Source: Candidatus Omnitrophota bacterium
GTDB lineage: Bacteria; Omnitrophota; Gorgyraeia; Zapsychrales; Zapsychraceae
Assembly (NCBI GenBank): GCA_021108075.1
Contig: JAIORP010000068.1
Location: forward strand, 74,594-138,593
Direction of reading: 5' to 3'
Length of the DNA stretch: 64,000 bases
Below are positions 9,055 through 19,700 of this stretch, in pieces. Numbering within the stretch: position 1 is the stretch's first letter; every line of letters starts with the position of its first letter. A program made the position numbers and the translations under genes. The notes under the pieces are model-generated. The model searched no databases and had not been told where the DNA came from. It saw nothing but the letters and a program-made list of their open reading frames with translations.

Positions 9055-9124
9055 AAACACGGAATTGAAAAAACGGACGATTTTTTAAACCGTTTATTCG
9101 GGGGGGTAAACGAGAAAATAAAAT

Positions 9125-9592
9125 ATGAAATTTGAAATAAAACAAATCGGAACCATCCGTTCTCCATACAAAAGTAAAAAGGAATGCCCGATTCAAGGAG
9201 GCATCAAACCCGGAGGAATAGGCGGAATAGAGATATTCCCGGAATATGAAGAAGCATTGGAAACAATAGAAACATTTTCACATATCATACTATTGTATAT
9301 ATTTGACAGGGCGGATGAAATAAAATTATCCGGACCGACTTTCCTTGATGACGCTTTCCATGGAGTCTTCGCCTCCCGTCACCCCTGCAGGCCGAATGGA
9401 ATTGGAATCTCTATAGTAAAATTAGAAAAAAGAAACAAAAATATTTTAGAAGTCAGCGAAATAGACGTTTTAGACAATACGCCGCTTGTTGACATAAAAC
9501 CATATATTCCAAGATTTGATTATCGGGAAAATGCTAACAATGGTTGGACTGAAATAAAAAAAATACGTGAGAAACCGTCAGGTCGAGAATAA
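9125..9592 (+). CDS. TsaA/YaeB-family (TrmO-like) SAM-dependent methyltransferase domain protein
   Basis: IGTIRSPYKSKKECPIQGG ... FASRHPCRPNGIGISIVKL ... DVLDNTPLVDIKPYIP fits the TsaA-like fold signature (N-terminal RSP...P.Q motif). Confidence 0.7.
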   Translation: MKFEIKQIGTIRSPYKSKKECPIQGGIKPGGIGGIEIFPEYEEALETIETFSHIILLYIFDRADEIKLSGPTFLDDAFHGVFASRHPCRPNGIGISIVKLEKRNKNILEVSEIDVLDNTPLVDIKPYIPRFDYRENANNGWTEIKKIREKPSGRE

Positions 9593-10491
9593 GATAAAAA
9601 TTTGTAACACATGCACGGTTCCCGTTGTTAGGGAGAAAGACTTCCCTGGCGAAGATTTTCAATGATTTTTTATAGTTGTAAAGAATTTATTTCATTAACG
9701 CGTTTTTGTGTTTTTAGATGTTTCGGGATGCGGGAAGCCTATTGAGAGAATCACACCCGGATCTCTCAATAGTAATTTTCAATTTATTTTATTTGACCCC
9801 CGGTTGATGGATACAAAATAATAGATTTATTCCTTGTCGAATATCAGCCATTTTCCTGAATAATAAGAATGGAAAGAACAGCTGTTTCTTTTTTTAGGAT
9901 AAAACGCTTGATTCCGGTCAAAGGACATGATTGAATACGTATATATCAAATATCAAAATTTAAGAATAATATCAGGGAAGTGGTGCTTTTGTGTTTTTTA
10001 AATTACCAGGGAATGCGCTGGTTTTTTTAATATAGCTGATCCTGAAGAGCGACTAAAATGCTTGAAACAGTTAAAGTTAAGTTAAAAAACATGGTATGGT
10101 TTGCAAGAACACGACGGGAAAAAAAGGAAAACCCGCAAGATAAAACCACAAAAAATAAATGCGATTTATAGTGCGACCTGTTTAAAATCGAGTTAATTCG
10201 GATCATTGATCCGAATCATCCGCTGGCAAATCTGATGAAACAAATAACGGCTCAGCATTTGATCAACGATTTGAGAAGCATTTTGCGGATGAAGGACGGC
10301 CAGCGAGCTCGAAACGATTGATGGTCAGTTTATATTATTTGGTCGGTCCTGAAAAAGCCTGTTTTTAGGCTGTCAGGATCATCTGCTTTAGTAACAGACA
10401 TATGCCGTAACCGGAATGAGATAAAATTTATTTAATTCAGGTCATGGCGCGTGTCTGACATTTATAACCCGGATTTCTTTTGGAGGATAAC

Positions 10492-13400
10492 ATGAAAAGG
10501 TTTATTTACTTATCCCTGATTTCCCTGTTGATGCTTCCGTCCTTACATCATCAAACAGTTTATGCTAAAGAAGAGATGACGCAAGGGATCGGTCAAGAGC
10601 GGCAGGATCGCGGGAATGACTCTCAGTTCAGCATTCAAGAAATTTATGTTCCTTATGAAAATTTGAATGAGGCTTTACAAAAAAAAGAGAAGGGTGTTTT
10701 GATCCCGTATTCTGATTTTTTGCGCTTATGGGAGAAAGCGTCTAAAAAGCCGCCGTCAAAGGCTCCTCCGGTTCCCCCCGTGGACGCGGCTATCATTCAC
10801 TCGGAATACAAGGGAAAGGTTCTTGATGATATTGCCGAGTTTGAAGCGGAACTGAAAATTTCCGCCTTAAAAGAAAAATGGGCTAAATTACATTTAAATA
10901 TAAAAGATATCGCGATTACATCCTTATCTCTTAACGGGAAAACTCCTCTTTTGAAACCGGTTAAAGGGGGATTAGAACTGATCCTGCCGGAAAAAGGTGA
11001 GTATATTCTTAAAGTGAATTTTTCCGCGCAAGTCAATACGTCTCCCGGAGAAAAATTCATCCATTTCCGCGTCCCGTCATCACCTCTTACCAAAATAGAT
11101 ATGACTGTTCCCGGCAAAGATTTAGATGTTAAAATTGAGCCGATGCTTTCTAAGAAAAGTAATGTCGACGGAGATAATACGAAATTCTCCGCGTTTCTCG
11201 CTCCGGGAGGCGATGTGAATATCCGGTGGTTAGCGAAAACAACGGACACGAAAGTAACCAGGAGTCTTATCTTCGCGAAATTATTGAATGAAGTGAATAT
11301 TAAAGAATCTGTTTATTTAATCAACACAAAAATTAATTTTTCGATTATGCAGGCGGAAACAGATTCCTTCCAGGTCAAGATTCCCAAAGCGTTAAGTCTT
11401 GTCCGCGTGGATGGAAAAAACATTAAAGATTGGGAAATGAGTGAAGAGGGGGTCCTAACGGTTAACCTCTATGAAAAAATAGACGGTCAGTATATTCTTT
11501 CTGTGAGCACGGAAAAATACCGTGATTTAGAAGAGAACTCTTTTGAAATCCCTCAGTTTGAAGTGCTTAATGCCAAGAGAGAAGAGGGGGAAATTATTAT
11601 TAAAGCCGAACCGTCTTTACGCGTTCAGGTTGAGAAAAAAGACCGCGTCACACAAATTGATCCGAAAGAACTTCAAGGCCGGGTGACATTTAATGAACTT
11701 GTCTCAGCTTTTAAATATTTTCGACGTCCCTTTCATGTCAGTTTAAATATTTCTAAAATTCAGCCTAAAATTACCGCTGAACAGAATGTTTTTATTTCTT
11801 TTTCTGAAACAATTATTGATTATTACACGAATGTAAAATTTACGGTAAAGGACGCGGGGTTGTTTAAGTTCAGATTTATTATTCCGGATAATTTTAGAAT
11901 CGTTGAGGTCGGATCAGATCAAACGGTTGATAGCTTTGATGTTTCTAAAGAAAAGGATCAGAATATTTTAACTGTTATTTTGAAGAATAAAGCTTACGCC
12001 AATTTTTTGTTACCGATTCATCTGGAAGCCGATAAGGAGGATAAGGATGTTGTGTTGGCTTTGCCGAAAGTTCAATGTTTAGACGCGGAAAAGGAAGAGG
12101 GGATTATTACTCTTTCTCTTCGTAAAAATCTTAAATTATCGACGGACGATATGAAATCTTTGCGTCCGATCAGTCTGGAAGAATTAAAGTCCCAGGGGAC
12201 AAGAGATCCGGATATCAAGAATGAGATAGCAGCAGGTTATCGCTACGCGACACCGGATTATTCCTGTCGTTTGAAAATTGATAAAAGAAAGACAAAAATT
12301 ATCGCGAGTGTTGAACGGAATATTGATGTTGAAGAAGCTGTCATGAAAATTAATGATGTTATCCGTTACAATATTTTATACGCTCCGACAAGTTTGTTCC
12401 GGATAGAGCTTCCTGCCGCGATCGCGAAAGACGTTATTATCAGCGGGAACAATATTAAGGAAAAACGGCTGGCCGTTAATGAAGAAATTCAAAAAGGCGT
12501 TTGGACCATTGAACTTCATTCTCCGACGCTGAATAATTTTGATTTAAATGTTAGTTTCGAAAAGAAACTTCCGTCGATCAAGACAGGAGATGAAAGAATA
12601 ATTGAGGTGCCGGGGATCAGGGTCATTGATGTTTTTAATGAGACCGGGTATATCTCAGTATCGAAAAGTCCTGATCTTCAGGTTGAAGCTAAAGAAAAGA
12701 ATTTAGATCCCGTGGATTCAAAAGAAATTCCTGCCGCTATGAATCGTAGCCAGAGTGTGCTCGCTTTTAGATATTTAAGTCATCCGTACGCGCTTTCTCT
12801 GGAAACGACGAAACATGAGTATGAAAAAATATTGGATGCTGTTGTTAATCAAGCTCATTTTGATATTGTTGTTTCTAATGAAGGTGTCGCGAAAACAGAA
12901 GGGGTTTTCAGAATACAAAATACCAACCGGCAGAGTCTTGAGTTGACCATGCCGGAAGGAATAGATAAAATTTATTCTGTTTTTATTTCCGGTAAAAAAG
13001 CGGGTATATCAAAGGGGGGTTCGGATAGAAGTAAAATTATTATGTTGCCTAAAGATATCGCGCCGGGTAAAGAATTCACGTTGAGAATTATTTATCAAAC
13101 CCAGATAAAATCTAAATTTGGATTCTGGGGCGGACTTCACGTGAAAGGCGCGGAGATTATGGATATTCCCTGTTCGAAGATTACCTGGAGGCTGTATCTT
13201 CCGAATGAATACAGTTATCTGTATTTAAAAGGTTCCATTAATCCCGGCAGAGATGAGCATCGCGCTTATAATCATGTTAATGCTGCTGTGCAATCCCGAC
13301 GGGTCCATCATCAAACAAAAATTAATTTAACCCGTAATCAGATTCCTCAGCAAACAGATGAAGGGACTCTTTACGGCTTAGATATTGAGATGGTCCGGGA

Positions 13401-13764
13401 GGGTCGAATGTTTTCTTTCTCTAAGTTGGATAAAAATGCTTATTTAAATGTGTGTTATCTGAAGAAAAACATTATGTTTCCCTTAAGCATTATTATTGTG
13501 GTCCTGTCAACGTTTTATTTTATAACCCTGACGCAAAGAAAAGATCCGAATAAAACTAAAATGACTTGTGCTATTATCGGAGCGGTGATTGCGTTATATG
13601 TTATTCTGCCTCAAGGGTTTAAACATTTTATGTTTTTGATGCTGGTGGGGGTTGTTTTTTCCGGGGTTGTTTTGGTTATTCAAGCTTATCGGAAGAAAAA
13701 GAAAATGGGTTTAAATGCAGAAACAAACTGTAAAACTTCCGTTCAAAAAGAGAAGAAAATTTAA
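10492..13764 (+). CDS. giant-protein module 1: secreted ~1090-aa protein of unknown family with a C-terminal 3-TM anchor
   Basis: GGAGG RBS before ATG 10492. Signal peptide MKRFIYLSLISLLMLPSLHHQTVYA. Three hydrophobic helices in the last ~100 aa. Shares motifs (GVLIPY, RYF.RPF, TW..Y.PNEYSYLYL) with the downstream giant ORF. Confidence 0.85.
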   Translation: MKRFIYLSLISLLMLPSLHHQTVYAKEEMTQGIGQERQDRGNDSQFSIQEIYVPYENLNEALQKKEKGVLIPYSDFLRLWEKASKKPPSKAPPVPPVDAAIIHSEYKGKVLDDIAEFEAELKISALKEKWAKLHLNIKDIAITSLSLNGKTPLLKPVKGGLELILPEKGEYILKVNFSAQVNTSPGEKFIHFRVPSSPLTKIDMTVPGKDLDVKIEPMLSKKSNVDGDNTKFSAFLAPGGDVNIRWLAKTTDTKVTRSLIFAKLLNEVNIKESVYLINTKINFSIMQAETDSFQVKIPKALSLVRVDGKNIKDWEMSEEGVLTVNLYEKIDGQYILSVSTEKYRDLEENSFEIPQFEVLNAKREEGEIIIKAEPSLRVQVEKKDRVTQIDPKELQGRVTFNELVSAFKYFRRPFHVSLNISKIQPKITAEQNVFISFSETIIDYYTNVKFTVKDAGLFKFRFIIPDNFRIVEVGSDQTVDSFDVSKEKDQNILTVILKNKAYANFLLPIHLEADKEDKDVVLALPKVQCLDAEKEEGIITLSLRKNLKLSTDDMKSLRPISLEELKSQGTRDPDIKNEIAAGYRYATPDYSCRLKIDKRKTKIIASVERNIDVEEAVMKINDVIRYNILYAPTSLFRIELPAAIAKDVIISGNNIKEKRLAVNEEIQKGVWTIELHSPTLNNFDLNVSFEKKLPSIKTGDERIIEVPGIRVIDVFNETGYISVSKSPDLQVEAKEKNLDPVDSKEIPAAMNRSQSVLAFRYLSHPYALSLETTKHEYEKILDAVVNQAHFDIVVSNEGVAKTEGVFRIQNTNRQSLELTMPEGIDKIYSVFISGKKAGISKGGSDRSKIIMLPKDIAPGKEFTLRIIYQTQIKSKFGFWGGLHVKGAEIMDIPCSKITWRLYLPNEYSYLYLKGSINPGRDEHRAYNHVNAAVQSRRVHHQTKINLTRNQIPQQTDEGTLYGLDIEMVREGRMFSFSKLDKNAYLNVCYLKKNIMFPLSIIIVVLSTFYFITLTQRKDPNKTKMTCAIIGAVIALYVILPQGFKHFMFLMLVGVVFSGVVLVIQAYRKKKKMGLNAETNCKTSVQKEKKI

Positions 13765-13783
13765 AACACGGGAAACAAGGATT

Positions 13784-16700
13784 ATGAAAAAAATTTGTAC
13801 ATCCCTGATTTGTCTTTCTGTCTTCTTTTCTTTTTCCGCTTATGCTGAAGACAGGTCTTCGACGCGGATCAAGAATCAAACAGCAGAAACGCTTATCTTT
13901 TTTCCTGAGAAGGAGATAGGGGAAATATTCAAGGCGGAAAAAGAAGGTGTTCTGATACCTTATAAAGAATACAAAAGTCTTTATGAAAAAGCCAGACAGG
14001 AGTACGGGGAAAAAAGAGAGCGGATCATTCTTAATGAAGACATTAAAGGTCCGCAGATCGTTCAAGCTCATTATGATGGATCTGTTCAGGGGGATTTACT
14101 GAAAGTTTCGGTCCGGTATCAGATTGTTCAGAATGACCCGGAGCCGCGAGTTTTACAATTGCCTTTTGGGATTGTTGAAAAATGTGCGGACGCAAGACCC
14201 TGCCGGATGAACGCGGGGGAGTATTTATCGCTGGCCGCGCAAACGAGTGGGAAAAAAACGCGGCAGACGGGTGTTTCGCGTCCGTCTGTTTCTAAAAATG
14301 TTCTTTTTTTGAAGGCGACGCTCAATAATGAGAACGCTCATATCTATAACGATAACAAAACGCCGTCCCTTATTATCCCTTCAAACGGAACCTTTACTTT
14401 AATAATTGATTTTTTTATTCCAATTAATTTTAAGGATAAGACAGGAAATATCGCTATCGATATACCTCCGGCGATGCTGGGGCAGGTCGCGATATCGACA
14501 GATATTTTTTATGATGTCCGTTTTAAAGATTTTCTTTTGACATCAAAAAAACAGGTTGATGACAAAATGGAGTTTCTTGGTTTTCTGCCGTCGATGGAAA
14601 CGTCATTGTCTTTTGAAATAACGAATCGGCGTTCTTCCGGAGAAAAAAGAGTTAAAATCAAGTCACAGGAAGAGCATCAGGCTTTTTTATCCGAGGATCT
14701 GATTGAACAGACGATTATGTATGATATGGATGTTGAAAACGGCGAGGTTGACAGGGTTGATATAATCATCGCGAAAGACCTTAATATTTATGATATATCC
14801 GGGTCTATTATTTCAAATTGGTCTCGGGAATCTAAAGAAGACACGGATATTCTGCATCTTTATTTTCATGTTCCCTTGAGTACGGGGATAACATTTGCTC
14901 TGAAAACATATCAGTATCCGGACGCGGCCTCCGGTATGTTTACTCTAGCGGACGTGCGCGTCGAGAATCTTTTTGAGAGGAAAGGAATTCTCGCGGTTTT
15001 TTATGATGATAGTATGCGGATAAACGCGCGTCAGGTTGATTTTTTATTACCGTTAAGCGGGGAAGGGGGAGTACGAAGACAGCATGAATCTGATCGGTAT
15101 GTTCTTTTTAGGGAGTATCATGTTTTTAATCTGCCTTATAAAATTTCTTTTTCTCAGAAAGATGTTCCCCTGGAGGTGACCCTGTTTCAAAATAATGAAA
15201 TAAAATTGGAACATGCCAGGATCCTATTTCAATCAGAGGTTACTCTGTCCGGGATTACTGAAGAGATAACACGGTTTAATTTTCAAGTTCCGGATAAATA
15301 TGTTTTAAGAAATTTAGACGCTTTTTTAAATGGTGAAGTTGTTAATGAAAATCATCGGCATTTTATGGAAACAGGAGAATTGTCCATTGACATCAGGAAT
15401 CCGGTGAACTTGAAAGATGAAATAACATTTCTGCTTACTTTTGAGCGAATTCTCAACGAGAAATTTTTTATGGATCAATCGTATCCGATTGCTATCCCCG
15501 CGATAACGTATCTGAACACAAAAAAGATGATCGGATCTCTTCAGGTTATAATTGATGAGGAGTTTTTGTTAGAGGATATTATCCTGAAAGGCTATTATCC
15601 CGCCCTGGAGATGATGACGGCTTCTTCATCCCAAACATTAAATAAAAATCTTTTATATGATTTTCGAACGCTCTCGCCGGAAGGATCGCTGGTTCTTTCT
15701 TATCGAAAAGCGGAACAGACAACTCAAACGATCACTTATGTGGCTGTTGACCAGGACCTTCTTCAAACGAATGCCTATATAAAATATGACATCACGGCCG
15801 GCAAGAAAGACCATTTTTATTTTGCTATTCCGCGATGGGAAGACAGCAAAATAAATATTGAAGGTCTTAATATTAAGGAAAAGAAGAAAATAAGTGAGGA
15901 GAAGTTAAAAGAGCTGCTGAAGGACCCCCTGATTCTTGACTTGAAGGATTATGATATTTGGAATGTTGTTCTTCAAAAAGAAATAATAGGTTCTTATTCG
16001 CTGGAAATTGATTATCAGAAAAAAATAGAAAAATTTGATGTCCTTACGGATATTCCTTTGATCATACCGCTCGATATTATTAATGATACCGGTTATATTG
16101 TTTTAGAAGCCAGTAAGAATACGGAAATTGACGCGCAAAAAGTCGGTTTAAATGATATTGAAATTTATGAAATTCCTCAGTGGCCTTCGTATAAACCGTC
16201 TAATCGTATTATTGAATCCTTGCGCTATTTTACACGTCCTTTTACGTTCCGCATTGCTGTTAGGCGCATGGATGAAACCCCTGTTCTTTCCTCGATAGCC
16301 GAAAGAGAAACAATTGTATATACCTTTGGAGAAGACTCGGATATTTTTTTTAAATGTGATTATGTCATCCGCAATACCAATCTTCAGTTTCTTGAAATTC
16401 AGCTCCCGAAAAGATTTGTTCTCTGGGGGGCCACGTTAAAAGGACAGGGAATTAAGCCCCGGAAAGGAAATGACAACCGTTTGTTTGTTCCTCTCCCGAC
16501 GGAAAGTGACCAGAATATTCATTTATCTCTGACCGGACAGATGGTCCGTAAGGGGAAATTCAGGGCCTGGGAATCATTTGATTTTCAAAGTCCCCGATTG
16601 AGTATCCCCTGTCTGCAGTCAAATACCACTGTTTATTTTCCGGAAAAATATTCTCTTCTCAATATTGGAGGTAATTTTGAAAAGTATCCGGAAGCGGAGT

Positions 16701-19700
16701 ATCACAGACCGTTATTGTTTCTTTCTTTAAAAGATCTATGTTTTTTTATCGGAGGAAACGCGATCAATTTGTTTTCTCCCGGATATATATCGCGCGGTCT
16801 TCAGGGACGAATCAGAAGTGTCAACGAGGATATCGGCGATCAATTTGCTCCCGGGAATGCGGTGTTTACGCAGCAAGGACAGGTCCGTGATGCTCCTCAA
16901 GATTTTCAATCGGGAGAACAGTTCGAGGGAGGTATCGGAGCAACGATGCAGTATGAGCCTTATTATTTAGAATCAAATTATGAGGTCACAAGAGATAGAG
17001 AGGTGGCTGTGTCGGAGGAAGAGTCTCTTGAAGAGCAGATGGTGAATTATGACGGACGGCAGCAAATGATGCGGTATGAAAGGAAATACAGTAAAAAGAA
17101 AGGTATTCTTTCCTTGAATATTGATATCCCGCGAGAGGGGCAATCTTTAGCCGCCTATAAACTGTGGGGGAATAGCCGCCTTCAGGTGACATTTATTTCC
17201 GATGTCTGGAAAAGGGTTTTTCATTTTTGTTTTCTTTTTCTTTTTATTGTTTTAGGTTTTCACGTAAAAAGAAAAAAAATAATGTCGTCTTTTATGTTTC
17301 TTGTTTTGACCCTTGTGGTTTGCACGCTTATTCCTCTTGTTGTTTTAAAATCATTTCTTTTTATTTTTAACGGCGCTGCTTTAGGCGCTATCGCGTTTGT
17401 TTTTATTCTGGGGGGTATGAAGCTGGTCAGGAAATTTGCCGGAAAATTCGGTTTTTATAGTGTTCTTTTTTGTCTGGTAGCTTTAACAGGTTTTGCTTGT
17501 CCACGGAACGGGTACGCTGAGGTAAGGGCCGGGAATATGGGTGAACGCCTGTATTCGCCGGACGGTTGTTGTCCTGATGAGGAAGAGAACGACGCGTTTC
17601 CGTCTGTCCGTGTGTACATCCCTTATTCAGAAAATTTTTTGAACGAGATTCAGGGTCATAGTAGAGTTTATATCCCCACTCAAGATTATTTCCGCCTTAA
17701 ATTTTTGGCGGAACCGCCGTATGAACCGAAAGATACGTTTAAATTTGAAAACGAATATGATATTACCGGATTGTTTTTAGCCGGGGAGCTGCAGACAGAT
17801 CGGATTCAGTTTGCGGCAACCGTTGATATTTTTATTAATAACGATAAATGGATACTGGTTGATCTTCCGTTTAAGAATGTGTTTATTGAAAAGTTGACCC
17901 TGGACGGACAATCAATTCCGGTTAAAGTGAAACAATCCGGACCGGGGTGTTTTGAAAGCTTTTTCAAGAGCGCGGAGCCGTATTGTTCGCCGGGGGAGGC
18001 GGATCTTTATGAAATTCCTGTTCTTGGCCGCGGACATCATTCGGTGGACTTAATATTCTTTGTGGAAATTCAATCTTCGCCGGGGAAGAAGACTTTGTCT
18101 TTCGGGCTTCCTCCTGCTCTTTTTTCGGATTTTTCTTTGGATTTAAAGCGTAAGGATGTTTTTCTTGAATTTGAAAAACCGAATAATAGTTTTTATTTGG
18201 ATGAAAGCGGTGTGAACCCTGTTGTTAAGGCGTCTTTGTCCCGACAATCAGAATTAAAACTGTCCTGGTTTCCTAAAAAATATCTTAAAAAGACAGAAAA
18301 ACCTCTTATTTACGCGGACTGCAATATTGATATGCTGATGGGTTATGAAGAAATTATTATTGTTCAAGAAACAAAGATCAGGGTAGAGAAATCTTCAATC
18401 GCGTCATTAAGTTTTTTCCTGGAACCGGATATTGTTATTGTGGATGTTTTTTCGAATAAGGTTAAGAATTGGCAAACACGACAGGAGAAAGGACAATCGG
18501 TCTTAGATGTTATTTTTAAACATGAGATCACGGACACCGTCGATATTGTCATTAAAGCGAAACGGAATGTGAGGCCGGATACGGTTTCTCCGGTGATATT
18601 TTTAAAGCCCCAGACAACAAAAAGGATTCACGGGACACTTAATTTGTTTGCGTCCGAAGAGGATAAACTTATTATTGAAAATGTGACGAATTTAAACCCG
18701 GCGGGGACAACCCGGCAGCACCAGCAAGGGGTGCCGGGCATGAAATTGCTTAAAAGTTATTCTTTCCTGACAGGAGATTTCAGCGCGCGGATTGAAAAGG
18801 TTCCGGAAGAACGAAAAGTCGCCGCCCGGATGAATAGTCAGCATGTTTTCTCGGAAAACCTTTTGAATTCCACATATGACATTAATTTGAATATCAAAAA
18901 GAATTTTCTTACAGCGATACAAATTATTCTTCCCCGGGGGCAAAAGATTGATGCTATCCATGCGGAAAACACGTCAGATTATAGTTTGCAGGATAATATT
19001 CTTGTTTTGCCTTTTAAAAGGGCGGTTAAAGGAAAGTACCGTTTTCAATTAAAGCTGGAAAGAGAAATAGACAATTTTTCTTCAGCCGCTATTGAAAGCA
19101 TTCAACTGCCTGATGTGCAAAAGGTAACCGGCGCTTCGGTTGTATTGTTCCCGCGTGGGTATGATGTTAAGGAGGTGTCTGTTTCGGGTTTAAGGTCGGC
19201 TAACATCAATACGGTGACTCCGTTAATCAAAACGGATCAAGGAGATTACGGCGCGAAATATGCCTATGTTCTTCGTGAAAAGAATTATACGGCCCGGTAT
19301 AACATATTCAAAAAAGATTCTTCTTTGGATGTGATTAAAATTTATCATTCAACCGTGAAAGATAATCTTGTCAGCGTTAAGCTTTTGAGTATTTTTAATA
19401 TCAAGAATGCCCCTGTCGACCATTTTGATATTATCGTCCCGGTTGATTTGAAAGATTCTATTGAAATTCAAGGTGAGGGAATTCAAACGATTCTTAAAAA
19501 AGTTATTAATGAGGGAAAAAGTGTCGCGATTACGGTTAATACAATAGCTAAGATCGATCATTCCTATATGCTACAGGTTTCTTTTAATCGTTATTTCGGT
19601 AATGATAAAACTTTTCATATGCCGCGCATTGTTTTTCCTCAGGCAAAAAACAAAACAGAGTTTATCGCTGTTGAAGCGGACACGGTTTATCATGTGGAAT

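Noticed and set aside
13715-13783. ORF-track start of the giant gene at 13715 (overlapping the upstream gene by 50 nt)
   Set aside because: The in-frame ATG at 13784 is immediately followed by a canonical signal peptide and lies 19 nt after the upstream stop. The upstream extension is just an open frame.
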